From: Octopus sinensis
Lineage: Eukaryota
NCBI RefSeq assembly: GCF_006345805.1
Contig: NC_043012.1
Span: 50,220,001-50,284,000, forward strand
Length of the DNA: 64,000 bases
Reading direction: 5' to 3'
Shown here one piece after another: positions 40,141 to 54,229 of this stretch (the stretch's first letter is position 1; the number at the start of each line of letters is the position of its first letter). The translations under genes were made by a program, and so were the position numbers. Under the pieces are notes generated by a model. The model did not search any database. It was not told the origin of the DNA and worked only from the letters and a program-made list of their open reading frames with translations.

Positions 40141-41533
40141 ATATATATATATATATATACTTGTGAGTGCAGGTGTATGTGTGTTGGTGTATATGTGTGT
40201 ATGGATGCATACACAGTACATAAACACATATACGTCCGTCGTACTCACACGCACACGCTCAAATATACGTTTATTGCTTGGTATTTTCTGTAAATTGAAA
40301 GCAGAGAAGGGAGTCAAAAATTTGCGGTAATGTGGGTAATGTTGAGAATATAAGTGGAGAAGCGTTGCTGATTATAATTTTTGTGGCTGCTGCATTTAAG
40401 TATGAGGTAAACTGTTCTATCATTGACTGTGTTTTCTTTCTTTTTTGTTGATTAGCATCAGGCGTGATGTGGCTGACATGCGATCAGTCACAATTAAACA
40501 TATTTTTGGACAGATATTGTGACAGATATTCTTGAAGCAATAGGGTAAAATATGAGTGAGATTTGGCTTCTATTTGTAGTAGAGATGTAATAATGTAGGC
40601 ATTAATTCCCAGAACCATCTACTTGAGATTGGATACAATGCTTTTAGAGAGAGAACGAAAAACAAAAAAGAAAGATAGTATATTTAAAACACCAATATAT
40701 TTGTATTTCTTACTGGATTAGAAATGATAAAAGGGTGATTTAATTCTTGTAATTAAGATGACATATAATTAGGGCAAGTGACAAACAGAATATATATTTA
40801 TACTAAATCTTCCCTGCTGTTTCAACAGATGACATCCATATCAGTATGTGATACCAAGTATATTGACATCATAGCGAAATACAATCTTATCGACTGAAAT
40901 ATGTGTTTATAGATTACACAATATGGCTTATATTTACAATATCACCTCTAGAATTAAGTAAGATATTTCAACCTAATTCATTACTGGGAAAAATTACGCT
41001 TGGATTGAAAAGTTTTCGAGGATATAACTCATACACACATAGATAAATATATTGTCTTAGGAATAATACGGTCCCAAGTACTGTTATTCGGATTTCATCA
41101 TATAAAACGTGTACTTTGATTTCCCGCGTTTCGTCGAAATGGGTGTGTATTTCATATACTTCCAAAATCAAGTGGGATCAGATACGAATATTTAGAAAGA
41201 AATAATGAGAACATTCTTCATGTGTTAATAAAGTATATTAATACATTATTAGAAAAATTACGTTATAGCAGGACATAGGCATTTCGGATAGAACAAGATG
41301 ATTAGTTGACATATTAAGACGTACTTTATTCCCTATGGGTTTTAATGTACTTAATTAAATGTCCCCAAGATTAACTAAGATTTTCATTTATCTAAGGTGT
41401 GAATGCAACAATTTGCCGTTCTACAATTGCTTTTCTATGCGACAACAGTATTTTTGGGTTATTTTTAATGTTATGGTGTTTTTTTTATGTTATGTTTTAT
41501 ATTACCTGTGCAGTGTCTAAGCAATGTGATTCA

Positions 41534-41786
41534 TACTCGTTTACTCTCTTTTACTCTTTTACTTGTTTCAGTAATTTGACTCTGGCCATGTTGGAGCACC
41601 ACCTTTAGTCGAGCAAATCGACACCCAGGACTTATTTTTTGTAAGCCTAGTACTTATTCTGTCGGTCTCTTATGCCGAACCGCTAAGTTACGGGGACCTA
41701 AACACAGCAGCATCGGTTGTCAAGTGATGTTGGGGTTACAAACACAGACACACAAATATATACACACACATACATATACATACATA

Positions 41787-41840
<54 letters not shown>

Positions 41841-42593
41841 TTAATAAATGAAATAAAACATATGCATATATATAAACATATATGTACGTACCTACCTCTA
41901 CAGGTACATATACACGCATATATGAGTACAGGACACCAAAGGGACGTCGAACACAAAGAGAAACGAAAACATAGACACAAACCAAAGGAACAGGACATTT
42001 TTTTAAAACAACAAAAAAATGGAGTACAGGACAATTAACACAACGAAAAAACCCCTTCTTCAGTCGCTAAGGTTTCATCTACTCTACGTTTCGAAGGATA
42101 AAAGCGAGACGTATCTTCGACAAGAAACTTTCCTTCCTGCGAAAAGCAAATCAATTAAAATTCTGAGATCTTTTCGCAGAGGGGTAAAAAATGGTAAAAA
42201 ATGGTAAGAAAAAAATGGTAAAAAAAACAGGACAGTAACGACAGTACAAAAATATAAACAGTAAAAAAACAGTAAACAAATATATAAACAGTAAAAATAT
42301 ATATATAACAGTAAAAGACAGGACAGGGAAAACAAGATAAGAAGGGCTGTTGACGCCGAACGAAAAAAGTATTGCAAACGCAGAATTTTTGTGAACGACG
42401 AGAGAGCAGGAAAAGTCGTCCAGTTACCTTGAAAGGCAGGCTAGAAATTTCCGTCAACCGAATCCACTCACAAGGCTTTGGTTGGCCCAACGCTATAGTA
42501 GAAGACACTTGCCCAAGGTACCAGGCAGTGGGACTGAACCCGGAACCATGTGATTGGGGAGAAAGTTACTTACCACACAGCCACTCCTACGTC
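41534..42593 (-). mobile_element. SINE family C (tRNA head, internal (CA/TA)n) with a nested insertion
   Basis: Head (reverse) gtaggagtggctgtgtggtaag..ggttccgggttcagtcccactg..ccttgggcaagtgtcttc at 42445-42593. Tail ..ccgctaagttacgggg..catcggttgtcaag at 41534-41760. Confidence 0.85.
41930..42440 (-). mobile_element. A-rich element nested in the SINE C microsatellite, possibly pLTR-like
   Basis: Non-SINE sequence interrupting family C. The minus strand has GAAACGUA and CUGAAGA motifs at 42055-42125. Confidence 0.4.
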
Positions 42594-43157
42594 TATGTTA
42601 ATTTGTTTGGTGGATTTATGTTTTTATATGCCATATTTGAATGTTTCAGTATGATCTGAAGAGACGCACAGGCACAGCATGAGGAGAGTAAACAAAATGA
42701 CATTTATCATAAGAATGGAATGTGCCGGATAAATGTTGTGAGAGTTATGGCAGGGTCCGTAGATTACGTAGCGATATGCGCGGGGTTATTTTAGCTTAGT
42801 GATAATTGTATAGAATATGAAGAATATGGCTTATGGTAAACTGTATAATGATGATTCCATACCGCATGTCCTATGTGAGCTTAAAGACGCACAACATTGG
42901 CATAAACCTCGCGTAAAATGATGCTTTGCTGCTAGTTTTCGATTCTTTCATATACTGCCGAACTTTTGCTCGTCATATTTTTCAGTATCGACAAAAGGAT
43001 TTCCAAACAAGGTATGATAGGTTAGGAGGCAATTAAATAAGAAATACTACTGTAGCTGTGCTGTTGCTACTGCTGCAGTTGTGCGTGTGTTGCTGCTGCT
43101 GTTGATGTTGCAGTTTCATCTTATAATTGATTGCCATTATCATTGCTATCCTTATAC

Positions 43158-43330
43158 AAGGCGGCTAGGTGGCATAATCCTTAGCATGCCGAGCAAAATG
43201 CTTCTCAGCATTTCGTCCGTATTTAACTCCTGAATGCGAATTCCGCTGTGGTCGAATTTTCCTGTTATTATTTTGGCGGCGATAAAACAAGTATCAGTTG
43301 ATCACTGGCATCGATGTTATGGATTTAATA
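43158..43330 (+). mobile_element. SINE family A (degraded)
   Basis: aaggcggctaggtggcataatccttagc...aattccgctgtggtcga...gataaaacaagtatcagttg. Confidence 0.7.
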
Positions 43331-43367
43331 CTTCCTTTAGAGCGTTGGTCTTATGATAACATTATTA

Positions 43368-43449
<82 letters not shown>

Positions 43450-43451
43450 TA

Positions 43452-43836
43452 TAGTCTTGGAACAACTTCCAATACTGGAGATGTACTACGGTGTCAGCTG
43501 TTCATTGCCAGTGGACTAAGGTAATACCCCTTATTTTTCGAGCACTATCCGGAATATTCGAGCTGTTCCAAGCAGTGCTGTATTCTACAAGTGCTCTACC
43601 GTTGTTGCAGCCTATATTTGTTCCTTGTACTTCTCAAGATTTTTACCCACTGTTTCCAAGGCTCCAACAATTATTGGTACTACTACCACCTTTTTCATCG
43701 ACAACAACTGCTTAACCGCCCAAGCTAACCTGTTATATCTATCGACTTTACTTTCTTCCTTATCACATACTTTCTTGTCAGCTTGGCACGCTATACCTAT
43801 GATCAAGCATCGTTTGCTTTCTTTCTCAATTAAAAC

Positions 43837-43838
<2 letters not shown>
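43452..43838 (-). pseudogene. R4/Dong-like (RLE) non-LTR retrotransposon 3' fragment between (TAA)n tracts
   Basis: VLIEKESKRCLIIGIAC..D..V..KEESKVDRY..L...VKQL...VVVVPIIVGALETV.KNL...TALLGTARIFR is the restriction-like endonuclease C-terminus. Confidence 0.85.
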
Positions 43839-43906
<68 letters not shown>

Positions 43907-44658
43907 TCAGGCGGTGACAAGGCAGAATTGGTCGCACGCTATACGAGATGTTTAGTTCCATTTAATCCGTTTCGACACTCTGGGTGCATATTCCCCAAAG
44001 TCTACTTTCACGTTCATACGTTTGATAACTAGTTTGAGCGGTGGAGTCGATGTAATCGAGCAGCGCCCTACTTGTTACTACAGCGCCTTCTACTTGTTAC
44101 TACAAAATATTCATTATCAACGTTGTTTCGGGGCTGCTGTATTTCAAACTAATTTGGGTAGCGTAAAAAAACATCTAAGTAGCAATTGTTTGATATTTTA
44201 ACGACACCCTCTTCGCATCACTTTATCTTTTGGTCAGTCTTATATCGATAAAGTCGGTGACGGTCACGTATAAAGGTTTACTTGATTATCTGTAAGAGAG
44301 CAGCGTACTTCAAAATATTTTGCCTCATGAAATCAATGTTGTTAAAAACGAGAAAGTGATAGGTACATTCACTTCAGTAAAAAGAAGAGTAAAAGATTTT
44401 CGAGATTTGTCAATATTTTTTTATATTCTGACACTTTTTTCTAATTTCTTACTGACATTATTGATAGCCTCGTATCTAACCAACAATTTAGGCAACTATC
44501 TTATTACGGCTCGATCATTCGAGAAAGAAAAGTGTAATAATAGAAAAAACACACATAACAAAAAAAAATTAAATGAAACACAGAAGTAAATTTGATATAT
44601 AGATGTTTCTAAATACACATATATAAATTGCATACATTTAACGATATGACTATTTAGA

Positions 44659-44793
<135 letters not shown>

Positions 44794-44811
44794 GTTTATA
44801 TATATATATGT

Positions 44812-44929
44812 ATACACGTATATATATATGCATATACCTAGATATTTATCTATACGTTATATATTCATATGAATATATATATGTATGTATATATTTATAT
44901 ATTTATATATACATATATTTATATATATG

Positions 44930-44960
<31 letters not shown>

Positions 44961-45455
44961 GTATATATATATGTGTGTGTGTGTATGTATACGTATTTTT
45001 GTATATGTGTGTGTGCGTGTATCTCTGTGGATGTGTGTGGATGTACGCTTGTGTAGTGAAAAAAGAGGAATGCAAAAATATAATATATAGTAAATAGAAG
45101 CACAATGAATTAATGTGTTTGAGTGTCTACGTAGAGACATATGTGATTATGCATCAGTAAATATGTCTATATCTATATTTATACGCAGTATATATCCGTT
45201 GTAAGAACAGAGATATACACATCCTTTCGTAGAACCCACCAATACTCAATTATGCAAATATAAAAGAGATATACATATGTTCATACATAGACAAACGTAA
45301 ACACCAATGCCACTCATATACGTAGTAACAAACAAACTCACAAACACACCACACACCTACGCACACTCACATACTATGTGTGTGTTATTGTGTATATTTG
45401 CGTGTGTTGATATACCTTTTTTTGTTGATATTTATATATAACCGCACTCGTATAT

Positions 45456-45495
<40 letters not shown>

Positions 45496-46401
45496 GTTCA
45501 TGCAAAGATGTAAAATAGGTATGGTACATACATAAAGATAATTAGATAGTAAATAGATAGATAAAGATTGAGAGAAAGAGAGTCAGAGCGGAGAAAAAAA
45601 AGTAATACGTTGTTAGATTTGTAGAGAGAGATCTATATACAAAAATTTACTTAAAGCTCAAAGAAGAAAGAAAACGATAGCGAAAGTGTGAAAGCGAAAC
45701 AGCAGAAATCAGGGGGAAAAGGGTAGAAGGAGGGAAAAGAAGAAGAAGAAGAAAGAAGAAGAAGAAGAAGAAGAAGAAGAAGAAGGAGGAGGAGGGGAAG
45801 GAGGAGGAGGAAAAGAAGAAGAAGAAGACGAAGAAGAAAAGGAGAAGTAAAAGGAGAAAACAGAGGAAGAAGAAGAAGTGTTGAAGAGAAGAGAAGAGAA
45901 TAAGAGAAGAATAAAGAAGAAGAAGAAGAATAAAAAGAAGAAAAGAGAAGAAGACAAGAAGAAAAAGAAATAAAACAAAAAAGAACCAGAAGAAGAAGGA
46001 AAAGAGGAAGTAGAATGAGACGAACAAGAAGAAAAAGAAGAAGATAATGGAAAATAACAGTAGACGTTGAAAAAATTGCAAAGCCATTCTGAGCCTTCTT
46101 TTACCAGTTCCCAAATAAAACAAAGTTGCTTTCAAAAATATGTCTAAAGAAAACAGTTGCTCTATCTGTCCGATCTGTCTGACTTGTTTTTAAAAAATGA
46201 ATATTAGTTATTACTAAACATTATACCATACATGTATGTGTGTCCGTGATTATACATACATACATACATACTTTCTGTTGAAGAGCGTAGGCTCGAAACG
46301 TTAAAGACTTGTTTTATTTATATTTCCTGAGCGCCATAACTATCATTGTTTGTTTGTTTTCCACCTGCCTCGTTTTTTGTCTATTTTCATAAAGCTTCCC
46401 G

Positions 46402-46403
<2 letters not shown>
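44812..46403 (+). repeat. Tandem segmental duplication, copy 1
   Basis: Collinear with 46768-48356 (offset ~1.95 kb). Differences are mostly 1-bp indels. Confidence 0.92.
46271..46306 (+). ncRNA. Minimal hammerhead-like motif, A6U core variant
   Basis: cuuu-CUGUUGA-A-GAGC-guag-GCUC-GAAAC-GUU-aaag. Stems I and II are perfect, and a ~95-bp pLTR-like tail follows before (TA)n. Confidence 0.65.
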
Positions 46404-46454
<51 letters not shown>

Positions 46455-46526
46455 CATTATATAATACATATATATATATGTTATATTATATACATACATA
46501 TATATATATATACACATATATCTATG

Positions 46527-46581
<55 letters not shown>

Positions 46582-46624
46582 ATATATTATATATATACAT
46601 ATATATATATATATTATATATATA

Positions 46625-46691
<67 letters not shown>

Positions 46692-46693
46692 TA

Positions 46694-46743
<50 letters not shown>

Positions 46744-46767
46744 TATATATGTTATATATATATATGT

Positions 46768-48355
46768 CCACGTATATATATGCATGTATACCTAGATATT
46801 TATCTATACGTTTATATATTCATATGAATATATATATGTATGTATATATTTATATATTTATATATACATATATTTATATATATGTATATATATATACATA
46901 ATATAGATATATATGTATATTATATATGTGTGTGTGTGTATGTATACGTATTTTTGTATATGTGTGTGTGCGTGTATCTCTGTGGATGTGTGTGGATGTA
47001 CGCTTGTGTAGTGAAAGAAAGAGGAATGCAAAAATATAATATATAGTAAATAAGAAGCACAATGAATTAATGTGTTTGATGTCTACGTAGAGACATATGT
47101 GATTATGCATCAGTAAATATGTCTATATCTATATTTATACGCAGTATATATCCGTTTAAGAACAGAGATATACACATCCTTTCGTAGAACCAACCAATAC
47201 TCAATTATGCAAATATAAAAGAGATATACATATGTCATACATAGACAAACGTAAACACACAAATGCACACTCATATACGTACAGAAACAAACTCACAAAC
47301 ACACACACACACCTACGCACACTCACATACATATATGTGTGTGTTATTGTGTATATTTGCGTGTGTTGATATACCTTTTTTTGTTGATATTTATATATAA
47401 CCGCACTCGTATATACACACACATATATATATATATATATATATTCAAGTTCATGCAAAGATGTAAAATAGGTATGGTACATACATAAAGATAATTAGAT
47501 AGGTAAATAGATAGATAAAGATTGAGAGAAAGAGAGTCAGAGCGGGAGAAAAAAAGTAATACGTTGTTAGATTTGTAGAGAGAGATCTATATACAAAAAT
47601 TTACTTAAAGCTCAAAGAGAAAGAAAACGATAGCGAAAGTGTGAAAGCGAGACAGCAAGAAATCAAGGGGGAAAAGGGTAGAAGGAGAAGAAGAAGAAGA
47701 AGAAGAAGAAGAAGAAGAAGAAGAAGAAGAAGAAGGAGGAGGAGGAGGAGGAGGAGGAGGAAAAGAAGAAGAAGAAGAAGAAGAAGAAGAAGGAGAAGTA
47801 GAAGGAGAAGAAGAGGAAGAAGAAGAAGGTGAAGAAGAAGAAGGAGAAGAAGAAGAAGAAGAAGAAGAAGAAGAAGAAGAAGAAGAAAAAGAAGAACAAG
47901 AAGAAGAAGAAGAAGAAGAAAAAAAGAAGAACAAGAAGAAGAAGGAAAAGAGGAAGTAGAATGAGACGAACAAGAAGAAAAAGAAGAAGATAATGGAAAA
48001 TAACAGTAAGACGTTGAAAAAATTGCAAAAAGCCATTCTGAGCCTTTCTTTTACCAGTTCCCAAATAAAACAAAGTTGCTTTCAAAAAATTATGTCTAAA
48101 GAAAACAGTTGCTCTATCTGTCCGATCTGTCTGACTTGTTTTTAAAAAATGAATATTAGTTATGACTAAACATTATACCATACATGTATGTGTGTCCGTG
48201 ATTATACATACATACATACATACTTTCTGTTGAAGAGCGTAGGCTCGAAACGTTAAAGACTTGTTTTATTTATATTTCCTGAGCGCCATACTAATACAAT
48301 TGTTTGTTTGTTTTCCACCTGCCTTCGTTTTTTGTCTATTTCATAAAGCTTCCCG

Positions 48356-48356
<1 letters not shown>
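46768..48356 (+). repeat. Tandem segmental duplication, copy 2
   Basis: Collinear with 44812-46403. The (GAA)n block is cleaner in this copy. Confidence 0.92.
48223..48258 (+). ncRNA. Minimal hammerhead-like motif, A6U variant (duplicate)
   Basis: Identical to 46271-46306. Confidence 0.65.
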
Positions 48357-48404
<48 letters not shown>

Positions 48405-48470
48405 CATATATATATATACATATATATATATGTATATATATATACATACATATATATATATATACACATA

Positions 48471-48508
<38 letters not shown>

Positions 48509-48550
48509 ATATATATATATATGTATGTATATATATATATATATATACTA

Positions 48551-48601
<51 letters not shown>

Positions 48602-49754
48602 TATGTTTGTGTATGAGTGTGTATGTGGGGTAAGCACTATATGTAGCCATATATATATATATATATATAGTATATAATTAAATGATGAATGAAGTGGAAA
48701 TTATGCAATGAACTTTGGGCTGTTTCTTGTATATAATGCAACGGATCCAGAGCTGAGTGTTTCTGTAATAGCTTACAGCTTCCTCAGAGCTTCTAACATA
48801 AAATGCAAATTTATCTGGGAAAGGATTTACATATATATAGGAAAGATTACCAATGAAAACAATTAAAATACATAAGAAATTGAGTATAGGTTTTGATGGA
48901 CATCTCCATATTTCTAAACGATTTTCTCCATCAAAACCTCTTCTAGGTATATGTAGATTGATATATCTTTGCATATATACGCGTGTATGTATAAATGTGC
49001 ATAATGAGCCTCTAAGTAAATAACTATTCATTCATATAGAGAGGAGGTGGGATAAAATGTGAAATGTTTACTACATTTTCGATTTTTAGAAAACAAATTA
49101 CAATTGTTGACTGTATTACAAATATATATCAACTAAGTAAATGGCCTTCTATAAATACATTGAAAACCCCATAACACTTAGAATACTTCAGAAATTTAAT
49201 TCATCTCTCTTTCGGCATATAAAAGACAAATTTATGCGGGGCAAAATGAGTAACACAAAGTGAAGTATGTTAGCCTTGCTAATCTTCTAGAATTACTTTA
49301 CAAAATCAAAGTTCATACACATCGATACCCATCATTAGATATCACAACGATCAAGAATAGAAAAACTGATTCAAATCAAAGTGAACCTTGGAGAAGTGTG
49401 ACATGAATTGAAATTGACGAAAAGCGATTAAATCTACAACTTAACACAAATTATTCTTCAGAATTGCTGAAATGACTCTCTAATAATTTTACGCAGCTCG
49501 TTATTACGAAGAAACAACTACTGAAATTTATTATTACTCATTTTGCCCTACTTCACTCATCAAATTTTAATTTTAAAATTTAAAATGCTGGAATTAGACA
49601 TTAGTGATGGAAAAAATTGACTTCGAATCCAACAGAGACAAGAATTTGGTTTGCTAAACGCTCAAAATTTCTCCAGATATTTTCTTGGCAACGTCAATTA
49701 AAATAGGGGCGAATTTATACATACATATTATGTATGTATATATACATATTTATA

Positions 49755-49811
<57 letters not shown>

Positions 49812-49821
49812 ATATTCAGAC

Positions 49822-49853
<32 letters not shown>

Positions 49854-49904
49854 ATGTGTTTATGTCTCTGTATAGATGTATATATGACATATACATACAT
49901 ATAC

Positions 49905-49951
<47 letters not shown>

Positions 49952-50543
49952 ATTTATATGTATTCAGGTAAGGTATGCAAATGTATAATTTTATAAGCAA
50001 TACATTATATACGTATATACATACATACATGCATATATACATACAAATACCACATACATGAATATATTACTGGGCGTATGTAATTGAAATTCATATTTTT
50101 CGCATAAATTATATTCATCTGTTTATGTATAATATGATCTACAATTATGGGTATGAATGTATTTAAGCATGATTTCTAAGATTGAAGATATAGTTGATTT
50201 GCTATTTATATATATGACTATATTTTTAAATATGCCTACCTTGGTAGCGGCGTATACTTCTTTATTATATATATATATGTGTGTGTGTGTGAGACAGAGA
50301 AAGGGAGAGCGATGGCCAGAGAGTGAGATATGCATATGAATGTACATACAGTCAAAAGTACACTTGCACATTTCTCATTCTTAATTATGTACATTCACGT
50401 TCTGCTATTTCGCTATGCGCGCATGTATATTTGTATGCTTAAATACTTCATTTTCTAAAGCATATTCGTAAAATAAAAGAAATAAATGATTGTTAAGTAT
50501 CGAATGTTATTTGGAAATATACATTCGCATACACGTATATATA

Positions 50544-50610
<67 letters not shown>

Positions 50611-50614
<4 letters not shown>

Positions 50615-50835
50615 TAAATTGGAGATAAAACCACTATTAGGCAAATCATACAATGAAAAACTTAAGCCAATACATAAGATTATTTAATTTATATTATTTA
50701 AATATATAACAAAATTATTAAGAAAATATATTAATTTTTTAAAATAATTTTGTTATATATTTAAATAATCTTATGTATTGGCTTAAGTTTTCATTGTATG
50801 ATTGCCTAATAGTGGCTTTATCTCTAATTTGATAT
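50611..50835. repeat. Long AT-rich inverted repeat (fold-back element) in (TA)n
   Basis: ggagataaaaccactattaggcaaatcatacaatgaaaaacttaagccaatacataagattattta pairs with taaataatcttatgtattggcttaagttttcattgtatgattgcctaatagtggctttatctct. An inner arm pair lies at 50696-50719 and 50743-50767. Confidence 0.9.
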
Positions 50836-50921
50836 AATATAACATTTTACTATAAAATTGGATTCAATCCTAAATCTTATTTTCTCCTGTAAGTTTTGAT
50901 TTATTCCCTAATATTTATTAT

Positions 50922-50952
<31 letters not shown>

Positions 50953-50954
50953 TT

Positions 50955-51150
50955 ATAGTTAATCTAAATATGAACAAAGAGAAAACACAACAACGCGAGG
51001 ACGTGGAACAAGTATAGTGTTATTGGACGCTCAGGAAAGGAAAGAAAGAAGGAGAACGTAACGTTTCGAGCGGAGCTCTTCGTCAGAAACATAGGAAAAG
51101 GAAAGGTCCAAGGAAAATCGCCAACGATACACACGCGGTCACATATTGAA
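50955..51150 (-). mobile_element. Short pLTR-like element with a hammerhead core (51055-51090)
   Basis: Minus strand guuu-CUGACGA-A-GAGC-ucc-GCUC-GAAAC-GUU. The downstream ttcctgagcg..ccaataa is shared with the 46300 tail. Flanked by (TA)n. Confidence 0.65.
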
Positions 51151-51173
51151 ATACATATATATATATATATATA

Positions 51174-51233
<60 letters not shown>

Positions 51234-52520
51234 TATATATATATACATACATATATATATATATATATACACGTCCAACGTAATATACAGATATTAAGCA
51301 TATATATCAAAATGTTAATTATATTTGTTGCTGTAAACTCAGTACCTTCAGGGTTGTATGTCAATATGCATATATGTATGTTTGAATGTATGTATATATA
51401 TATATATATATATATGTATAAGTAACTATAGATGTAGATATGTATAAATAGATATAGATGCAGATATAGATATATATTTGTGCGTATATATGCTTATATG
51501 CATGTATATATACAATCGTTTTTCAGAAACATCCATACTCATCTGCATGAATTTTTTTCTTCTTTATACACTTAATTATTTTTTATAATTCCTTAGAATT
51601 CCTCTGGAACTTAAAATTTCGCTATCTTGGCCATCGTAAATTCTTTCCTGAAGGATTCAGTGGTGACCTGTTATATCTATGGTTTAGAAGTAGTGCCAAC
51701 GTGATATGTTTAGGTAACAATGGTGTGATTTCATATTACTAAATTCAACTCATGTCTTTCATACATGTCTCATCGTGAAACTTCTTTAGTCTAGAAGAGA
51801 AAAAAAATATTAATTTTACCGACACTTCCACCATAATTAAAATGAACAGAGCGATTGTAATATTACCTCATATCAAATCGTTCTAGAATATAAAATGCAA
51901 AACTTGTTCATGTGCTTCTTGGTATCTTTCGACAGAGTAGAGACATCTGATACGTCCGTGTTCAGCACTATTTATTCAATTCCATCCATAATATAGGAAT
52001 TTAAAAAGACGGTAGATCGTTGTGTAGCACGCACTGAGTAAGACCCTGAAGTATTTGCTTTTAAAAATGAGAGTCGTTAAGCTTCCTGGATGCAGGACCA
52101 TCTTAACTAAACACAATCTTACCGTACACTCATTAATAAGAAGTATGTGAATGAAAGCTTCAAAAACCCATCCATTACAATACGACACATTGCAAAATTT
52201 ATGAAATGCATATCTCAGTTTTGAATAGAAAAGTATTTGTCTGTTTTAACGTATATTTTCTCGTGTTCATATATGCCTATAGACGCATTCGTACGCATAA
52301 TCTTTTTTATAATGTAAGTATTCCTATATGGACTCAGATAATATTTGAAGAGGTGACAAATATTCAGATGTATTCAACCGATTGCTGACCTGTCATTATT
52401 CTGGGTATTGGGTATCTAGTACTTCATTACGCACAAGGATCATCCATTTTTCAGATGTGCCTGCGTAATTACAATGACATATGACTACTAATTAAAACAA
52501 AATATATTGAATCTAATTAT

Positions 52521-52858
52521 AGTCGTTCTCGTGGCTGTGTTAATTTTTGAGCTCGTTTTCAACCGCGTGGTTTCGTGTTCAGTCCCACTATGCGTAGAAC
52601 ATTTGGCAATGGACTTCTACAATAGTTCTGGGTCGACCAATGTCTTGTGACTGAGTACGTAGACAGAAAGTGTGTGTAAGCCCGGCGTGTATAAACGCGC
52701 CTGTGTGTATGTGTATGTGTCTTCCTGTGTGCGCGTGTGTGTGTGCCTGTGTGTTCGTGTGTGCGTGCTTATGTGTGTGTCTTTGTGTCAGTATTTGCCC
52801 TCATCGCTTGACAACCCGTATTCGATTATTTACGCCCCCATAACATTAGCGTTTAGCT
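52521..52858 (+). mobile_element. SINE family C (degraded)
   Basis: gtggctgtgt..gttcagtcccact..ttggcaa..cttctacaatag..gtcgaccaa..cttgtga...(GT)n...cgcttgacaacc. Confidence 0.75.
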
Positions 52859-54229
52859 GATGTGTCCTCAGTTCATTAAGCAATAAAAATCGAGTGAAAG
52901 TCACAATTCTTTTCTCGAGAAATGGCGACGACAGACTGTTTCGGTCATAATTCTCAAAAGAGAGGATAGACCTGCATAAATTTTGAATTTCCTCTTTGAT
53001 CATATAGGTGTTACATCCGTCGTCGCTGAAGTCTCAATCTTGATCTTTTTGTTTTAGGTGTATCAATAAGAATAACCTCCCTTTTCTTTTTCTTTCATCT
53101 GAAAAATGGTGGTGGGATTTTACAAAGTCTTTGCTACTACTTTTTCTAACATCCCTTTGACCTCACGTAGTGCTTCAGTGACATAGCACAGTTATTTTAC
53201 AGGAATGAATATCAATGATATTGGATCCGTCTTGAAAGTGCTGCTTATTTCCGAGATTGTTTTTCGCCACAATAATGTCATTCATACCTCGGTATACTTA
53301 TCCAAATGCCACCTGCAGACTCAATGGATCGATGAACTTGATAGCATCCGAATATGCACAAGATAACAACCGAACGTGAAGTGCCAAAGAAGGAGCGATT
53401 TGTTGTTTAATCACCTATTCTGCAAATGCATATACTTTTTTGTATATGTACCTGCATATTGATGAACTAGGAGATCAAGCTGCACGTTTACAACTGCGAA
53501 AACATAATGTACAGTACACAGTGTCGAAGAGTGCAATTTTCTTACTGAGCAATATCACGTTTAATCGAATGCACTGGATAAAGATATTATTCTCGATTTC
53601 TCAGTGGACACGAAATATAAGATTGATCTGAACAGTTTCGATTACAGTTAATATTATATTCAAAGACCCCGAATTTCTACTTTTTTTCTCTGCAGAGAAA
53701 CGTATAGCTGATAGCTGTATGATAGCTAAATGATAAGAAAGGGATAAAGTGGGTTCTTTAACACAACTTTATATATTCGTTATAATATTTGGGGCTGCAA
53801 ATAAGGAGGATTCATTAATGATGCTTTAAGTTGGCATTTTGGATTGTGGAATGACTTATAAACAATAGCCTGTTATAATGACCAAGATTTGTAGGCACTT
53901 CAGCGATGTGTAATGGAGCACTAGGTTATTGAAGAAAATATGATGCATATCGAGTACGCTCATAACAATTTTTCTATCCTCGACGAAAGATTTTCAGGGA
54001 ATTAAATATAGAATTTGAAGAGCTTGAAAATTGGATATCGATTAAATATTTTAGGTACGTATGCAGGAGTATGCGAATATAAATGAATATCTAACAGAAA
54101 AACAATTCGGCTGAAAATTTAAATTGATATTGTTTTATATCTCCTATTTCAGGGACATATTCATGTATTGGTGAAGAGTCGACGGCATTGCAGAGTAGAA
54201 AAGATAAAGGTGTAGTTCAGAAAATATTA

